DNA of 64,000 bases from Macrostomum lignano (GCA_002269645.1 NIVC01000104.1:434001-498000); one strand, 5' to 3'. Positions 1 through 36,363 are shown, numbered from the stretch's first letter. Program-made: numbers and translations. The notes: generated by a model not told the origin, from the sequence alone.

Positions 1-290
1 AGAGAGAGGGTGAGAGTGATACAGAGAGAGGGTGAGAGTGATACAGTGAGAGGGTGAGAGTGATACAGGGAGAGGGTGAGAGTGATACAGGGAGAGGGTG
101 AGAGTGATACAGAGAGAGGGTGAGAGTGATACAGAGAGAGGGTGAGAGTGATACAGTCAGAGGGTGAGAGTGATACAGAGAGAGGGTGAGAGTGATACAG
201 GGAGAGGGTGAGAGTGATACAGAGAGAGGGTGAGAGTGATACAGGGAGAGGGTAAGAGTGATACAGTGAGAGGGTGAGAGTGATACAGAG
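1..290 (+). repeat. 20-bp minisatellite (AGAGAGGGTGAGAGTGATAC)n
   Basis: Direct tandem copies. Confidence 0.95.
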
Positions 291-465
291 ATGGGGAGAG
301 TTTTATATAGCGAAGCTAAGAGCGCTACAGAGGCTGAGAGTAAAACAGATCAAGCAATGCTTCAAGTGATGTAGACAGTGCGAGAAAAGACCCAACAGTA
401 GAAACAAGTAAAGTTCATATTTTCAGCAAATTCTTAAAGCTCGCATTCAATTTTTCACTCAACAG

Positions 466-23481
<23,016 letters not shown>

Positions 23482-26400
23482 CCTAATCAGTTTTTATGTC
23501 TGCTGGACTGGACTTTCTCTAGGAGAGCTGGATACCTCTGCGGCTTTCTAGCGTGTGTAAAAATTAACACTTTAAAAACTAACAAAGCCGATTGATTAAT
23601 AACGAAGAAATTGCAGAAATTTCACACGCTAGTAGGCGCGTCAGTGAGTTCACTATGCTCCGTTTACTTCTCTGTTTGATTGTTTCATTCCTGTCAAATT
23701 GTTGTGTTTTTGGTTGTTTTTCCGTTACAGAAAATTCTTGTTACCCGCTAAGTAAGCTACTGTTAGTAAAAAAGTAGGAATTTGAGAGTTAGAAAAAAAT
23801 AACTGGGACATCCAAGTCCTCCGTGCAGCTATGTAATCTAACTGTAACATCTGCGCTTGTTTATTGGTAATCCGCAGTCACGCCTCTCCTCATCCATTCA
23901 TTCAGTCATGCTTTTTGTTTTTACAAAAAAATAAATTTGCTTTCCTGTGCCATTGTGGCCCACTGTTTTGCTTTAATCTATCGTTTGTCAATAAAATAAT
24001 ACTATTAGTAGTAATATCTCTGAACCGCTAACCCCTCCCCACCGTGACTTGGCTCTCCGGCAGCAAGATTGGTGCATTAGATTAAGACAAGACAGACTTA
24101 TGTTTTTATATTTATATCGCCTCAACCCACCCCTGTGTTTATATCCGTCTATCTGCGCTTATTGAATGTACTTTATTGTTTTACAACTATTTTCACTCTA
24201 ATACTTACTATAGCAGCCGGCCCAATAAATATTTAATTTATCCCAGGTGCTATACCAGGCGGTCTGATTAAACAAATGATTAATTAAAGTAGACTATTCT
24301 TGTTTTACGTACGATAATTTTCCTACCGTTAGCTGCTAATTATCTTTGCGAGATTCCTTCTAACCAAAAAATCCCTACCTGCCTACTTACTGACAGTGGC
24401 AGTAGTCTATACAGTATGTACTCTTTCCAGTAATCGCCCTTTGTTGTTTGTTTTCTTGTTTGCTTGCACGCCGGCATCGCGCAGAGTTCGGTGCCCGTGC
24501 GCCGCCTGTACAGAGTATGCCTTTGTATAAGAATTTCGTCTGGCAGAAGTTTCGCGTTGGTCAGTTATTAATTAATTATTATATTGCTGCTTCTCCAGAG
24601 CTTGGCGGTCAGGCATTCGGCTTTTGCTGCTCTTGGGCCCATTGACTGTTGTAGTTGTCAGAGGGCTCCCACGCCTAATCCCTGAAATGTCCCGGCGCGC
24701 GTGAGCATTGTAAATAGCTCTATATATATAGAAATAAGTGTCTCTCATGCATTAGCAGCAAATAGTGCAGTCAAAATATTATATTATTATTCATTTATAC
24801 ACAATTTGTTTGCGTTTGCTTCAAATCTAATTACATATTCAAATATATTAAATAATTTAATAATCTCCTTCAACCGATTGGTCGCCATAAATTTCTGCTA
24901 CTAAAAGCACGCCGCGTTCAAAAGCAGCCGACATCCCCTATACGGTTCTGGTGTGGAGTTTTAGTACGTTTTGTTAATTCTTTTGAAATCTGAAACAGTC
25001 GCAATCCAACAGTCAAGGAAGTAATTTACAGATTAAAGTTACAGTAGAGGTTTGTAGGGATTGATTACATAGGAGGGTTCAGGGGGTGCTTACAGAGGCC
25101 GATTTAGGTGGTTACAGAGGGGGTCACAGGGGTTGGTTATACAGACAAGGGTTTACATGTGTACGCGTTTACGGAGATTACAACTGGGGTGGCTTTAAAC
25201 AATAACGACATGTAAATAACAGTCGATTTAGTAAGTAGTTAAAGGTATTAAGGCGGTGGTCTTACCCATACTTGCCGAAGCAATTAAATCCAAAGTATGT
25301 ATGCATATATAACATGTGACTGCCGTGTACTTAAGTGCGCACGCGGCGGCAGCATATACTCGTAATTATTATAGGTTTGCGTGAGTTAGTATAGACAATT
25401 ATATAATAAAGATTTTATGTATAAACCTTTTGTCTAATCTGCTAAAGGTTAGACAAAGGCACCTGAATTTCTTATCTCTTTGACCAATTATCCAAGGTGA
25501 CCAATTTGCTCAATTTCTACTGAAACGGATAATTACGATCGTAAGTGCGTGGCGCGCATGCAGTCTGTTATTGAAATCCTATTGGACTTATTCCTGTGTC
25601 TGTACGAATTACTATAATTGGAATCTGTAATTGTATATTTGTGCGCACCTGCCTCATTGTCCAGGCCATACTTGCATTTCTCAGTGTCTGTCTTGTGCGT
25701 CCGATGCCTCCGCGTGTGCTTCAGTGTCTTAGCGCGTGTCTTGTGCCTTTGTGTCTCAGTGTCCTAGCCTAGCTGTATAAGCGCGTGTCTAAGCGTGTCC
25801 CCAATGTCCTCATGTATGCCTTAGTGTCTGTACTGTACCTCCCTGCCCGCGATCAGACAAACTGCATTAGCCAGCAATCCCTCAGTAAAGCAGTTGTCAA
25901 ACATGCCCTCCCCCAGTAAAGGCCAAGGGGGACATGCCAATGCTTTGCACCCCACCCCAACCTTGTGACCCGTTATGGAAATCAATAATTTTGCTTCAGG
26001 GCGACAAAATATAGAGCCTGCGGCTGCGGCGCCAAAATGAGGGCCTGCAGCGCTAAAATAAGTGACTGTGGCGCTTGCCTGCGGCGCCAAAATGATTGCA
26101 GTTAAACAAATTAACAAAAGTCCAATCGAGACATTTTCAAGGCTTTGCATAGCAGCAGCGTGTCACAAAGCAGATATATATAATGAAAGTATAATTCTAT
26201 AGATAATAAAGCTATAAGTAACCAGATATAAAAAGCGGCTAATTCAACAAGGTAAATCGCATATTGCTAAGTAATTTTATCAATTAAGCACTAAATATTA
26301 CCTGCCTTTTATATATATATTGCTAAAATCAACTAATTAGCCGATCAGCTGTTGTAAAAAAATGATTTACTAAAGCAATAACATATTTATATATATAGGG

Positions 26401-26865
26401 AAAAGGTAAATAGTTGCAAAATAGTCAATAATAAAAAATGGTCCACCACCACCAGCGCATGAAGGCGATACAAGTTATAAATATATAAGAGGTAGGACAG
26501 CTGTATAAATCAATATAAATAAATATTAATAATAGCTTAGAGCAAATATAATAAAATTGCAGCGAAAACAACAGATCCAGAGAAAAAAGACACGATTGCA
26601 CTAATAGAGACACGAAATACTACTATCAATAGTCATTTGATAATTTCAGCATGAAGGGGATTTATGGGATTAATGAGATTAATATATATATAGTAATACA
26701 TAATTCAATAGTCAAGATCATAATACAATAATGAAAAGCAAATATAAGATTAACCAAAGCAAAAGCAGCAAGCCGCGCGTGAACAAAATTCGAAGGTGAA
26801 TCAACGCTTCTTATATATTCGGCTAATGTTATTTAATGTTATTTATTGCCAGTTTGCGACCGGCT

Positions 26866-27837
26866 TCACTTGCTGCCCGCAGCGTCTTTCTTAGATCGCG
26901 AGAAACTCGGTATTCGAAATCCGCTGCCGCTTTTCTTTTTCTTTGACGATTTCTTGTGATCCTCGCCATCGGCTGACGCCTCCGCCGCCGCCGTCGCCGA
27001 CTCCTCGCCGCCGCTTGTGACGTCGGACTTTAGCGTGTCGCTCAGGGCGCCACCTCCGCCAGCATTTCGGCGCTCTTTAAAGAAAAAAACAATTTTTTAT
27101 TAACAAAAAACCGATTAATGCTACTATCAGTAGAAGTAGTCTGGAGATATTTCGGTAAAAAATAATAAAAGTAGCACAGATTTGTCGATTTGAAAACCAA
27201 AAATCGACCACTGTTTAAATCCATTTCTCGCTACAGTCGCTCAGTTATTCAAGCATAACCGTTGAGCGTAGATAAATAAAAATACAAAAACGAGACAAAT
27301 CACACTACTGCTAGGTGAATAGTAGCGTAGTTAGCATTTTATGGACTATTTTTTGGTTATAAAAACATTTTAAAATGGCACATAAAGTACTACTTTCTGG
27401 ACATAAATAACTCACCACTCTCCGAATCCGAAGTTACCCCGCCAGCGCCTGTCCGGCCACTCCTATTAGCAATATCATCGTTGCCATCGTCTGCGTGTGT
27501 TGTGCAAATATATTGTATTCGGTAAACGCATACAGCAGATGAATTTGCATTTTAGTGCATAGAAAACCTTATCAAAAACTGTGTAGATCTTACTGCCTCA
27601 TTTAATGCTCAACTGATAAGCCAGAATTAAGACAAATTCATAAATAAGTGAAGATGCACTTTAGCCAACACTGAAGATACTGCATCGCTAACTATTTCAC
27701 AATAGTGTCGTAGTGTCTTAGACTCTTAGTGTCTGCTTAAGTGTCTGTCTTTCTGTCTGTCCGTCTATCTGTCTGTCTGTGTGTCTGTCTGTCTGTCCGT
27801 CTGTTTGTCTGTCTGTCTGTCTGACTGTCTGTCTGAC

Positions 27838-27874
<37 letters not shown>

Positions 27875-27915
27875 TAGTGTCTGTCTGTCTGTCTGTCCGT
27901 CTGTTTGTCTGTCTA

Positions 27916-27978
<63 letters not shown>

Positions 27979-28051
27979 GCCTGCCTGCCTGTCCGTCTGT
28001 TTGTCTGCCTGTCTGTCTGTCTGTCTGTCTGTCTATCTGTCTGTCTGACTA

Positions 28052-28084
<33 letters not shown>

Positions 28085-28110
28085 TTGTCTGTCCGTCTGT
28101 TTGTCTGTCC

Positions 28111-28142
<32 letters not shown>

Positions 28143-31100
28143 ATCTGTCTGTCTGTCTGTCTGTCCGTCTGTTTGTCTGTCTGTCTGTCTGTCTGCCTGT
28201 CTGTCTGCCTGTCTGTCCACCTTCAGCAGCGGCAGCCTCACCGTCCCGCCGCTCCAGCACCATGAAGACCTCCCCAGGCCGCACGGCCCGCACGCTGGGC
28301 TCCAGATACTCGTAGCCAGTCCGATAGCCGGCTGAGTCCAGCTGCCTCATCGCGGCCTCAAACTCCAGCTGGCCGAAGCTCCACTCCCGCTGCTTGGCCT
28401 CGCCATCTTCGCCGCCGTTACCTTCAATAGCGGCTTCTTCGACGGGCTTATCGGCGGAGCTGTCCTCGGCGGGCAGGGACAGATTCTCCAATCCGATGGA
28501 GCGCAGAGTCTCCAGCTGGGAGTTGGCGGCTGCGGCCAGCAGTTCAGCCCGGCGCCAGGCAGCCTCAACTGTGGCGCCGCAGACGCAGGCGCATCGACCC
28601 GGCAGCAGGACGGCGTCGGCTCCTTCGGCGGCCGCAGCGGCGACGGCTTTCGGATCGGTATCGGAGACGACAGCAGTGCGGCCTTTGGGTTGGGTTGGGG
28701 AAGACGGCTTGTTTTTTGTCAGGTCCTCAGTTTATTAACTCCCAGTTCTCTTGATACCCAGCCTTCAAATCCCAGTTCCCTTGATCCCCAGCCTTCAAAT
28801 CTCAGTTCCCTTGATCCCTAGCCTTCAAATCCCAGTTCCCTTGATCCCCAGCCTTCAAATCCCAGTTCCCTTGATCCCCTGCCTTCAAATCCCAGTTCCC
28901 TTGATCCCCTGCCTTCAAATCCCAGTTCCCTTGATACCCAGCCTTCAAATCCCAGTTCCCTTGATCCCCTGCCTTCAAATCCCAGTTCCCTTGATCCCCA
29001 GCCTTCAAATCCCAGTTCCCTTGATCCACAGCCTTCAAATACCAGATCCCTTGATTCTCAGCTTTCAAATCCCAGTTCCCTTGATCCCCTGCCTTCAAAT
29101 CCCAGTTCCCTTGATCCCCTGCCTTCAAATCCCAGATCCCTTGATTCTCAGCTTTCAAATCCCAGTTCCCTTGATCCCCAGCCTTCAAATATCGCATAGC
29201 TCACTTACCCAGCTGCTGAGCTTCGGCGCACAAGGGCAGTAGGCCAGCACGACAGTTAACTACGGCCAGCACCTCGGGCGTCTGCAGCAGTACAATTGCG
29301 TTCAAATCGGGCCTAGCATTGAACAGAGCCAAAGCTACTGACCAAGCCTCAGGGTCTGGCGGCGCGCAGCCAAACACAGTGCCGCCCGGATCGGCAACTG
29401 TGCCGTCGGAGTTCAGACGGCTAAAACAGCTGGCGGTGGCCTCGCGACAGGCCAGGCCGACTGGCTTAGCCAGGTAGGCATCTGCGCCGGCTCGGGCCTG
29501 GGAAATTGATGAACTGCGATTCTGAATGTGGAATATTCCGTTGACTCCCCTGAGCAGGCACACACTCGCACAGGAGTGTACAGCGGCCCTAACTGTATTT
29601 ATCGTTAGACATAGTACACTTCATTGTGCACTTAGAATCGAGCCTGGGCCGCTGGTACATCAGAACGCCGCTGAGGCTACACCCCCCTTTGCAGGTAACA
29701 CAGGTAAAATAGGAAAAATGACTCTAAAACTCTGGGGCCGTTAGAGCGTCCGAATCACGACTGAAAGGTCGGGGGTTCGACTCTCGACTCACTCGAAGAT
29801 TTTGTGTCCTTGAGCAAGACATTTTAATTCTGCATTTCTTCAGTTCACCCAGCTGTAAAATGGGTGCCAGCATTAGCTGGGGGAATCGAGGGTGTGTGTG
29901 GCGACCCCCCCCCAGTCCTTGGACTGAACAGCCGTACGCAGCCTTCAGATGCGCCGCGCAATTGCAGCTGAACTGTCGGTTGTACATCTGGCCCAATTGA
30001 GGCAGGTGTAATCAGTTATTATTACTATTACCTGTTAGATAGGAATGGCTAATAATGTGAGATACCTTGCTCTAACGCTACCTGTCAGATAAGGGAATGG
30101 CTGGTTAACTAAATATCGCCTAGCTCTGTCTGGTAAAAGTGCTGCTCATTAGATATTTATTGTCACCTGTTAAATTTCCAGTTAGATAAGAGCAAAAGTT
30201 ATTAGATAAGAATTTTATCAAAACATGTTGCTTGTTACACAGATAGAAAGTCCGATGCAATGCTATACGAGCTGAGATGTCAAGTCTTGGGGGGAATTGC
30301 TGAGATGTCAAGTCTTGGGGGGAATTGCTGAGATGTCAAGTCTTGGGGGGAATTGCTGAGATGTCAAGTCTTGGGGGGAATTGCTGAGATGTCAAGTCTT
30401 GGGGGAATTGCTGAGATGTCAAGTCTTGGGGGGAATTGCTGAGATGTCAAGTCTTGGGGGGAATTGCTGAGATGTCAAGTCTTGGGGGAATTGCTGAGAT
30501 GTCAAGTCTTGGGGGAATTGCTGAGATGTCAAGTCTTGGGGGAATTGCTGAGATGTCAAGTCTTGGGGGAATTGCTGAGATGTCAAGTCTTGGGGGGAAT
30601 TGCTGAGATGTCAAGTCTTGGGGGAATTGCTGAGATGTCAAGTCTTGGGGGGAATTGCTGAGATGTCAAGTCTTGGGGGGAATTACTGAGATGTCAAGTC
30701 TTGGGGGGAATTGCTGAGATGTCAAGTCTTGGGGGGATTTGCTGAGATGTCAAGTCTTGGGGGGAATTGCTGAGATGTCAAGTCTTGGGGGGAATTGCTG
30801 ATATGTCAAGTCTTGGGGGGAATTGCTGAGATGTCAAGTCTTGGGGGGAATTGCTGAGATGTCAAGTCTTGGGGGGAATTGCTGAGATGTCAAGGCCTAC
30901 GGGGATTGCTGATATGTCAAGTCTTGGGGGGAATTGCTGATATGATATGTCAAGTCTTGGGGGGAATTACTGAGATGTCAAGTCTTGGGGGGAATTGCTG
31001 AGATGTCAAGTCTTGGGGGGAATTGCTGAGATGTCAAGGCTTATTATGGGGAAATTGCTAAGATATAAAGGTTGAGGTCAGAAGCTGCATGTAGTTTACT

Positions 31101-31818
31101 TAAACATTTTTATTACATTCTTTGTTGGCTCCCCGACGGAGGCGCAGATTGCTAGTTAGAATCTATATATCAACTCTATTTAGAATCAATTAATTCGAGC
31201 TAGTAGAATAGAAAGTTAAGCGCTAGCACGACTCTTGGATGGCTAAACCAGCCCCTCTCAGATGCATAACAGAATTTACAGTCTCTTGAGTTGGTAAAGT
31301 CACATAAGTCACCCCCCCCCCCGAGTCGAGGATGTGAGGAATTTACTAAAACAAGGTTAGAATTAGGAAGCCTATACTAAAGAGGCAAACAGCAAAAAAA
31401 AGCTCACAAAGGCTTGACAGTAGAGTCCATCCGACCAGCCCCTGGCGTGCAGCAGGCGGTGCACCGCGGCCAGCTTGCAGCGCAGCTGTCGCTCGGTCCG
31501 GCCGCCGCAATAATGCCCGACGTTGCTGCCGCGAATGTCGTTAATTGGGGGCGGCAAATTCTGGTGCCCGGCCGAGCCAACGCCAAAGCCGGCGCCGGCG
31601 CCGCCGCGCGCCGTCGGCAGCAGAAGATCGGCAATCTGTTGCAAAGCCATGAGCGAAGCCGGATGCGCACCGGAGCGAACTTGGCTCTGAATTATATCGT
31701 CTAGTTCGCGTTGGAAAGCTTCAGAGTTCAGGATTAGGGAGACCCGCTTGCGCTGTTGCTCAGTGAGGGCGCCGCCACTGCTGCCGCCATTCTGGGGCGA
31801 TTGCTGCTGTTCTGGCAT
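26866..31818 (-). CDS. ADD: Adducin-family protein (class II aldolase-like head + MARCKS-like tail), compact, 481 aa
   Basis: Exons 31818-31408, 29497-29209, 28682-28221, 27490-27416, 27074-26866; phases 0,1,1,1 are consistent (1446 nt). Motifs RVSLILNS.AF.REL, LMALQQIAD, PINDIRG, LRCKLAA, GLLP, GQLEFEAAMRQLDSAGYRTGY; C-terminal KKSSKKKK..FRIPSFSRSKK; AATAAA at 26847-26842. Confidence 0.92.
27730..28215 (+). repeat. (TCTG)n microsatellite directly after an adducin donor
   Basis: Visible array. Confidence 0.95.
28740..29190 (+). repeat. 30-bp minisatellite (CCCAGTTCCCTTGATCCCCAGCCTTCAAAT)n
   Basis: Fills adducin intron 28683-29208. Confidence 0.95.
29734..30031 (+). mobile_element. tRNA-derived CORE-type SINE, near full length
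   Basis: B-box GGTTCGACTC; CORE-like TGTGTCCTTGAGCAAGAC...CAGCTGTAAAATGGG; (TTA/TAC) tail; matches 58801-59094 and 11745-11890. Confidence 0.8.
30270..31045 (+). repeat. 27-28-bp minisatellite (GCTGAGATGTCAAGTCTTGGGGGGAATT)n
   Basis: In adducin intron 29498-31407. Confidence 0.95.
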
Positions 31819-34800
31819 CGGCTTGCTGGACAGAAAGAAGACAATAAGTATTTTGTAATAGCTAACAAATAATAGATGGGCCTATAGGCCTATTGAAGAG
31901 AATAAAGACTGAATAAGATATATATGAATAATGCATATATTATATACATAAAATAATTGATTACTTCTTTTAAGGCTTAAGTTTTAAGCTAAGCTAGTCA
32001 ATAGCTTCTCTTACCCTTGCTCTTAAACTATTGTCCACCTTTGGCATTGGGCTCCCCTTTTTTATATGCACTTTTGTTTATAGCCACTAGGTAGCTTGGC
32101 CATGGCTTACTCTTGGTTTATCTTTTCTCTATCAAGTGCTTACTAATGGCCTACTTTTTTTTCTATCATATAAGCTACCTACTTTTTAAAAAATCCAAAA
32201 GAAATAAAATATACTTAGTTAAAGAGTAACTAGTAAGAAGTATTAGTAAGAAATAAGACAAAAATCTATTTGAAAATGTTTTAGAAGTCTTTTGCATTTT
32301 TGGCAAACTACAAACTGTTTTTATAATAATTATTCTAATATTATTATAGGCTCCCAATTAAAAAAATATATAAATACAAAATTGAGATTATTTATAAAAA
32401 GCTTCCTAGTTTTCCTAGGCTTATCAAAATCTTACAATAGACCTAAAAAGGCATACTAAAAGTATAAGATCTCTGCCTTATTTGTTTTTTTAGGTTAGAA
32501 ATCCAATTGCAAGCTGGCTTTTGGGGCTCAAAATTCAGTTGCCAATGGCTATTTTTGGTTTCCTATTGGCAACTAGCCAAATTTTTTAGGATAGATATTT
32601 CTAAGACTAAGAGATATTAAAAAGTAGAAATTTGTTTTTCAACTCTAAGATTGCTATCTATGTTGCAAATAATAATAAACTAATAATTCCATCATATTGA
32701 TTCATATTGTAGGCCCCTATGGCAACTTTTATTATCTTTACAAAATATTTATTGAAATTAGCAACTGGCACAGGGAAATGAAGTTGCCAGATTGGCCTTT
32801 GATGCCAAAAATCCAGTTGCCAATAAGATTTTCAAGGGGCCCTACCCCTATATGGCTCAAAAAACAAATTTGCAGCATTTGCCTATAAACAATACTAGAA
32901 AAACAAACAAAACAAAAATTACTGTTATTGTTATTATTAAAAGTCAAGTCATCAAGCAAATATAATTAGATAGGCCTAGCCTACACCTATGCTATGTCTA
33001 TATTAGGCCTAGCTACCTATGACCTATGATAGGCCCTATGGCTAGGCCTATCTATATTGCTTATTTAGTATTTTTCCTTTTATTTAATAAGTTTCAAGTG
33101 TATTAGCCCTTGCTATTGCTTGGCTCTTAGGCCCTTTGTGACTTACCTTAGTCTTAGTCTCACATTACAATATAGATAGATTACTAAATTACTAATATTA
33201 TATTTTAGGCAGTTATTGTTATAGTGACTATATAAATGCTATGCAATAAATACTTACTAGGCCTATGAGCATATGACATTCCATTACATGAGGATATTCT
33301 AGGCCTATGAGCATGATATGACATAAACGGGGGCGCTGATTATTGATTACTAAGGTATCATTGCTTTTGCTTATTTATTCATATAAAAATATGAGAACCC
33401 ATATAAAAAAATCTAACTTAGAGGGGGCGCCCCACCCCCCTATAATTCCGCTACTAAAGCTTAACTTTGGGCAATTTACCAATTATGATGATGCTGAATT
33501 CTTAATATGTTCCCACTAGTAGTTAATATTGAGTTCGATCTGTAGTGAGTGATCTGCACTATACTTTCAACAATTCAACTTGAACATGATTCATCGATTT
33601 CAAAAATGAAATATACATATTGACAGTGTTGACACATTAAATCAAATATTATCAACCGAAATAAAGTGGAAGCCATTCTATTATCTTATCCTGCTCTACG
33701 CGTACGATAACTGTAAGCTCTTAAAAGAAGCGAAGCAATACAAGCTTCATAGCTGCTTTTTATTTGAGGGCTGTTTTGATGATATTACTATTTATATTTA
33801 GTATAGTAGCAGTATTAGTAGTGATAGTATTAGTTGTTTTTGTTGTTGTTCGTTGTTGTTTTACCTATATAGTGCTAGTTTGACTAGCGAGCAAACTTTT
33901 ATGGACCTCCATTCTCGTAATATTTGCATACAACAAGAAGCCTTTGCCGGAACTGTCAACACTATCGCATGATCTAACCAGTCACAAGATTTTAACTCTT
34001 TGAATCCGTACGGAGTCCCTAATTTATAGCTTAATATCCGTGGAAATACCTGTAACAGTCAGCAGTTGCTATATGTAGAGCAGCAACTGGTCCTCCCCGA
34101 GCCATGGATAGCTAATTAAATTTCAACCAGTAAAACGATAATGCGCATGAGGCTCTTTCTACGTACTCCACTTAACGCGGATTTGGTCGGTCAGTTGGTA
34201 GAACTCACGATTGACTGCTGTTTGTTGAAAAATGAGAAACTGTCGAATCTCAACTATAGCTGAGCAGCGAAATTAGAGAAATCTGTATTAGGATCATAGG
34301 ATGACCATATATGCATGTACACATGTAAGCACCCCTGCTGCTGGTGCTAATATCTATGACGGTATCGGGGTGACCGATTGCTTGAGCTAGTGACTAGCTG
34401 AGGGTGTCTAGCAGTTGCTGATTGCCCATATATTAATGAAGCTTGCATGATCAGAGAATTTATAAACATGGTGTCCATGCATTTATATACATGTAGCACC
34501 TGGTGCTGTTGTTTTTTAAGGCTTAGGAAGCTTTTACATGTATATGTGGGTGAAGGTCTGCAGCGACCAAACAAGTCAGAGCTGATGCAAGCACACACGT
34601 GGTTTTGATGAAGTTTGGGGGCTTTGGTAAGGCCGCACTGAGGGGAGGCGTGCAGTGCTGATTGGTGCACAGGGTTGTACATGTACGAGCGTATTTTGAA
34701 TGCACTAGTTTTCTCGCTCCTTTAAGTTAGGACGCAGTTGCAAAAGTAATACCAACCAAAACAATTATTTACTTTTTCATAATATCCTCTCACAATGAAT

Positions 34801-34874
34801 GCGAATTTTTCCCAGCTTGATCTTTATTCAAGTAGATGCAAGTAGACGCTTCACTGCTGCTTAACCCGTTCAGA

Positions 34875-34946
34875 ATGTCACCGATCCGCCTGATTCTCCT
34901 GGGCCTTGCGGCAGTCCTGGTGCACCCATGCATTCATCACTCATGA
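34875..34946 (+). pseudogene. Signal-peptide remnant (MSPIRLILLGLAAVLVHPCIHHS*) truncated by a 32-bp minisatellite
   Basis: CAG|A-ATG context as in the 36663 gene; LGLAA.hV.P core shared with it; the ORF runs into the array and stops; AATAAA at 36222 just after the array. Confidence 0.45.
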
Positions 34947-36193
34947 TTCACTATCACCCATGCATTCATCACTCATGATTCACTATCACACATGCATTCA
35001 TCACTCATGATTCACTATCACACATGCATTCATCACTCATGATTCACTATCACCCATGCATTCATCACTCATGATTCACTATCACCCATGCATTCATCAC
35101 TCATGATTCACTATCACCCATGGATTCATCACTCATGATTCACTATCACACATGCATTCATCACTCATGATTCACTATCACCCATGGATTCATCACTCAT
35201 GATTCACTATCACCCATGCATTCATCACTCATGATTCACTATCACACATGCATTCATCACTCATGATTCACTATCACCCATGGATTCATCACTCATGATT
35301 CACTATCACCCATGCATTCATCACTCATGATTCACTATCACCCATGGATTCATCACTCATGATTCACTATCACCCATGCATTCATCACTCATGATTCACT
35401 ATCACTCATGCATTCATCACTCATGATTCACTATCACCCATGGATTCATCAATCATGATTCACTATCACCCATGCATTCATCACTCATGATTCACTATCA
35501 CACATGCATTCATCACTCATGATTCACTATCACCCATGGATTCATCACTCATGATTCACTATCACCCATGCATTCATCACTCATGATTCACTATCACACA
35601 TGGATTCATCACTCATGATTCACTATCACCCATGCATTCATCACTCATGATTCACTATCACTCATGCATTCATCACTCGTGATTCACTATCACCCATGGA
35701 TTCATCACTCATGATTCACTATCACCCATGCATTCATCACTCATGATTCACTATCACACATGCATTCATCACTCATGATTCACTATCACCCATGGATTCA
35801 TCACTCATGATTCACTATCACCCATGCATTCATCACTCATGATTCACTATCACCCATGGATTCATCACTCATGATTCACTATCACCCATGCATTCATCAC
35901 TCATGATTCACTATCACTCATGCATTCATCACTCGTGATTCACTATCACCCATGGATTCATCACTCATGATTCACTATCACCCATGCATTCATCACTCAT
36001 GATTCACTATCACTCATGCATTCATCACTCGTGATTCACTATCACCCATGCATTCATCACTCATGATTCACTATCACCCATGCATTCATCACTCATGATT
36101 CACTATCACCCATGCATTCATCACTCATGATTCACTATCACCCATGGATTCATCACTCATGATTCACTATCACCCATGCATTCATCACTCATG
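34923..36193 (+). repeat. 32-bp minisatellite (CACCCATGCATTCATCACTCATGATTCACTAT)n
   Basis: About 40 copies. Confidence 0.95.
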
Positions 36194-36363
36194 GATTTAC
36201 CGCATTAGTTGCAGTTAGTTTAATAAAACGCAAAAATGAGCCGCATGTTGCTAATAATGCCACAATTTGGCAGGCTGATCCAACAAGGCTTTTATTAGAT
36301 ATGTTTGCTTTTCAATTGCCTGTCATTAAGACACGCACAGAATGGAAGTCAGGGACAGCGAGT

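Noticed and set aside
29734-29800. tRNA gene
   Set aside because: Has a B box but no complete cloverleaf and continues into the SINE body; it is a SINE head.
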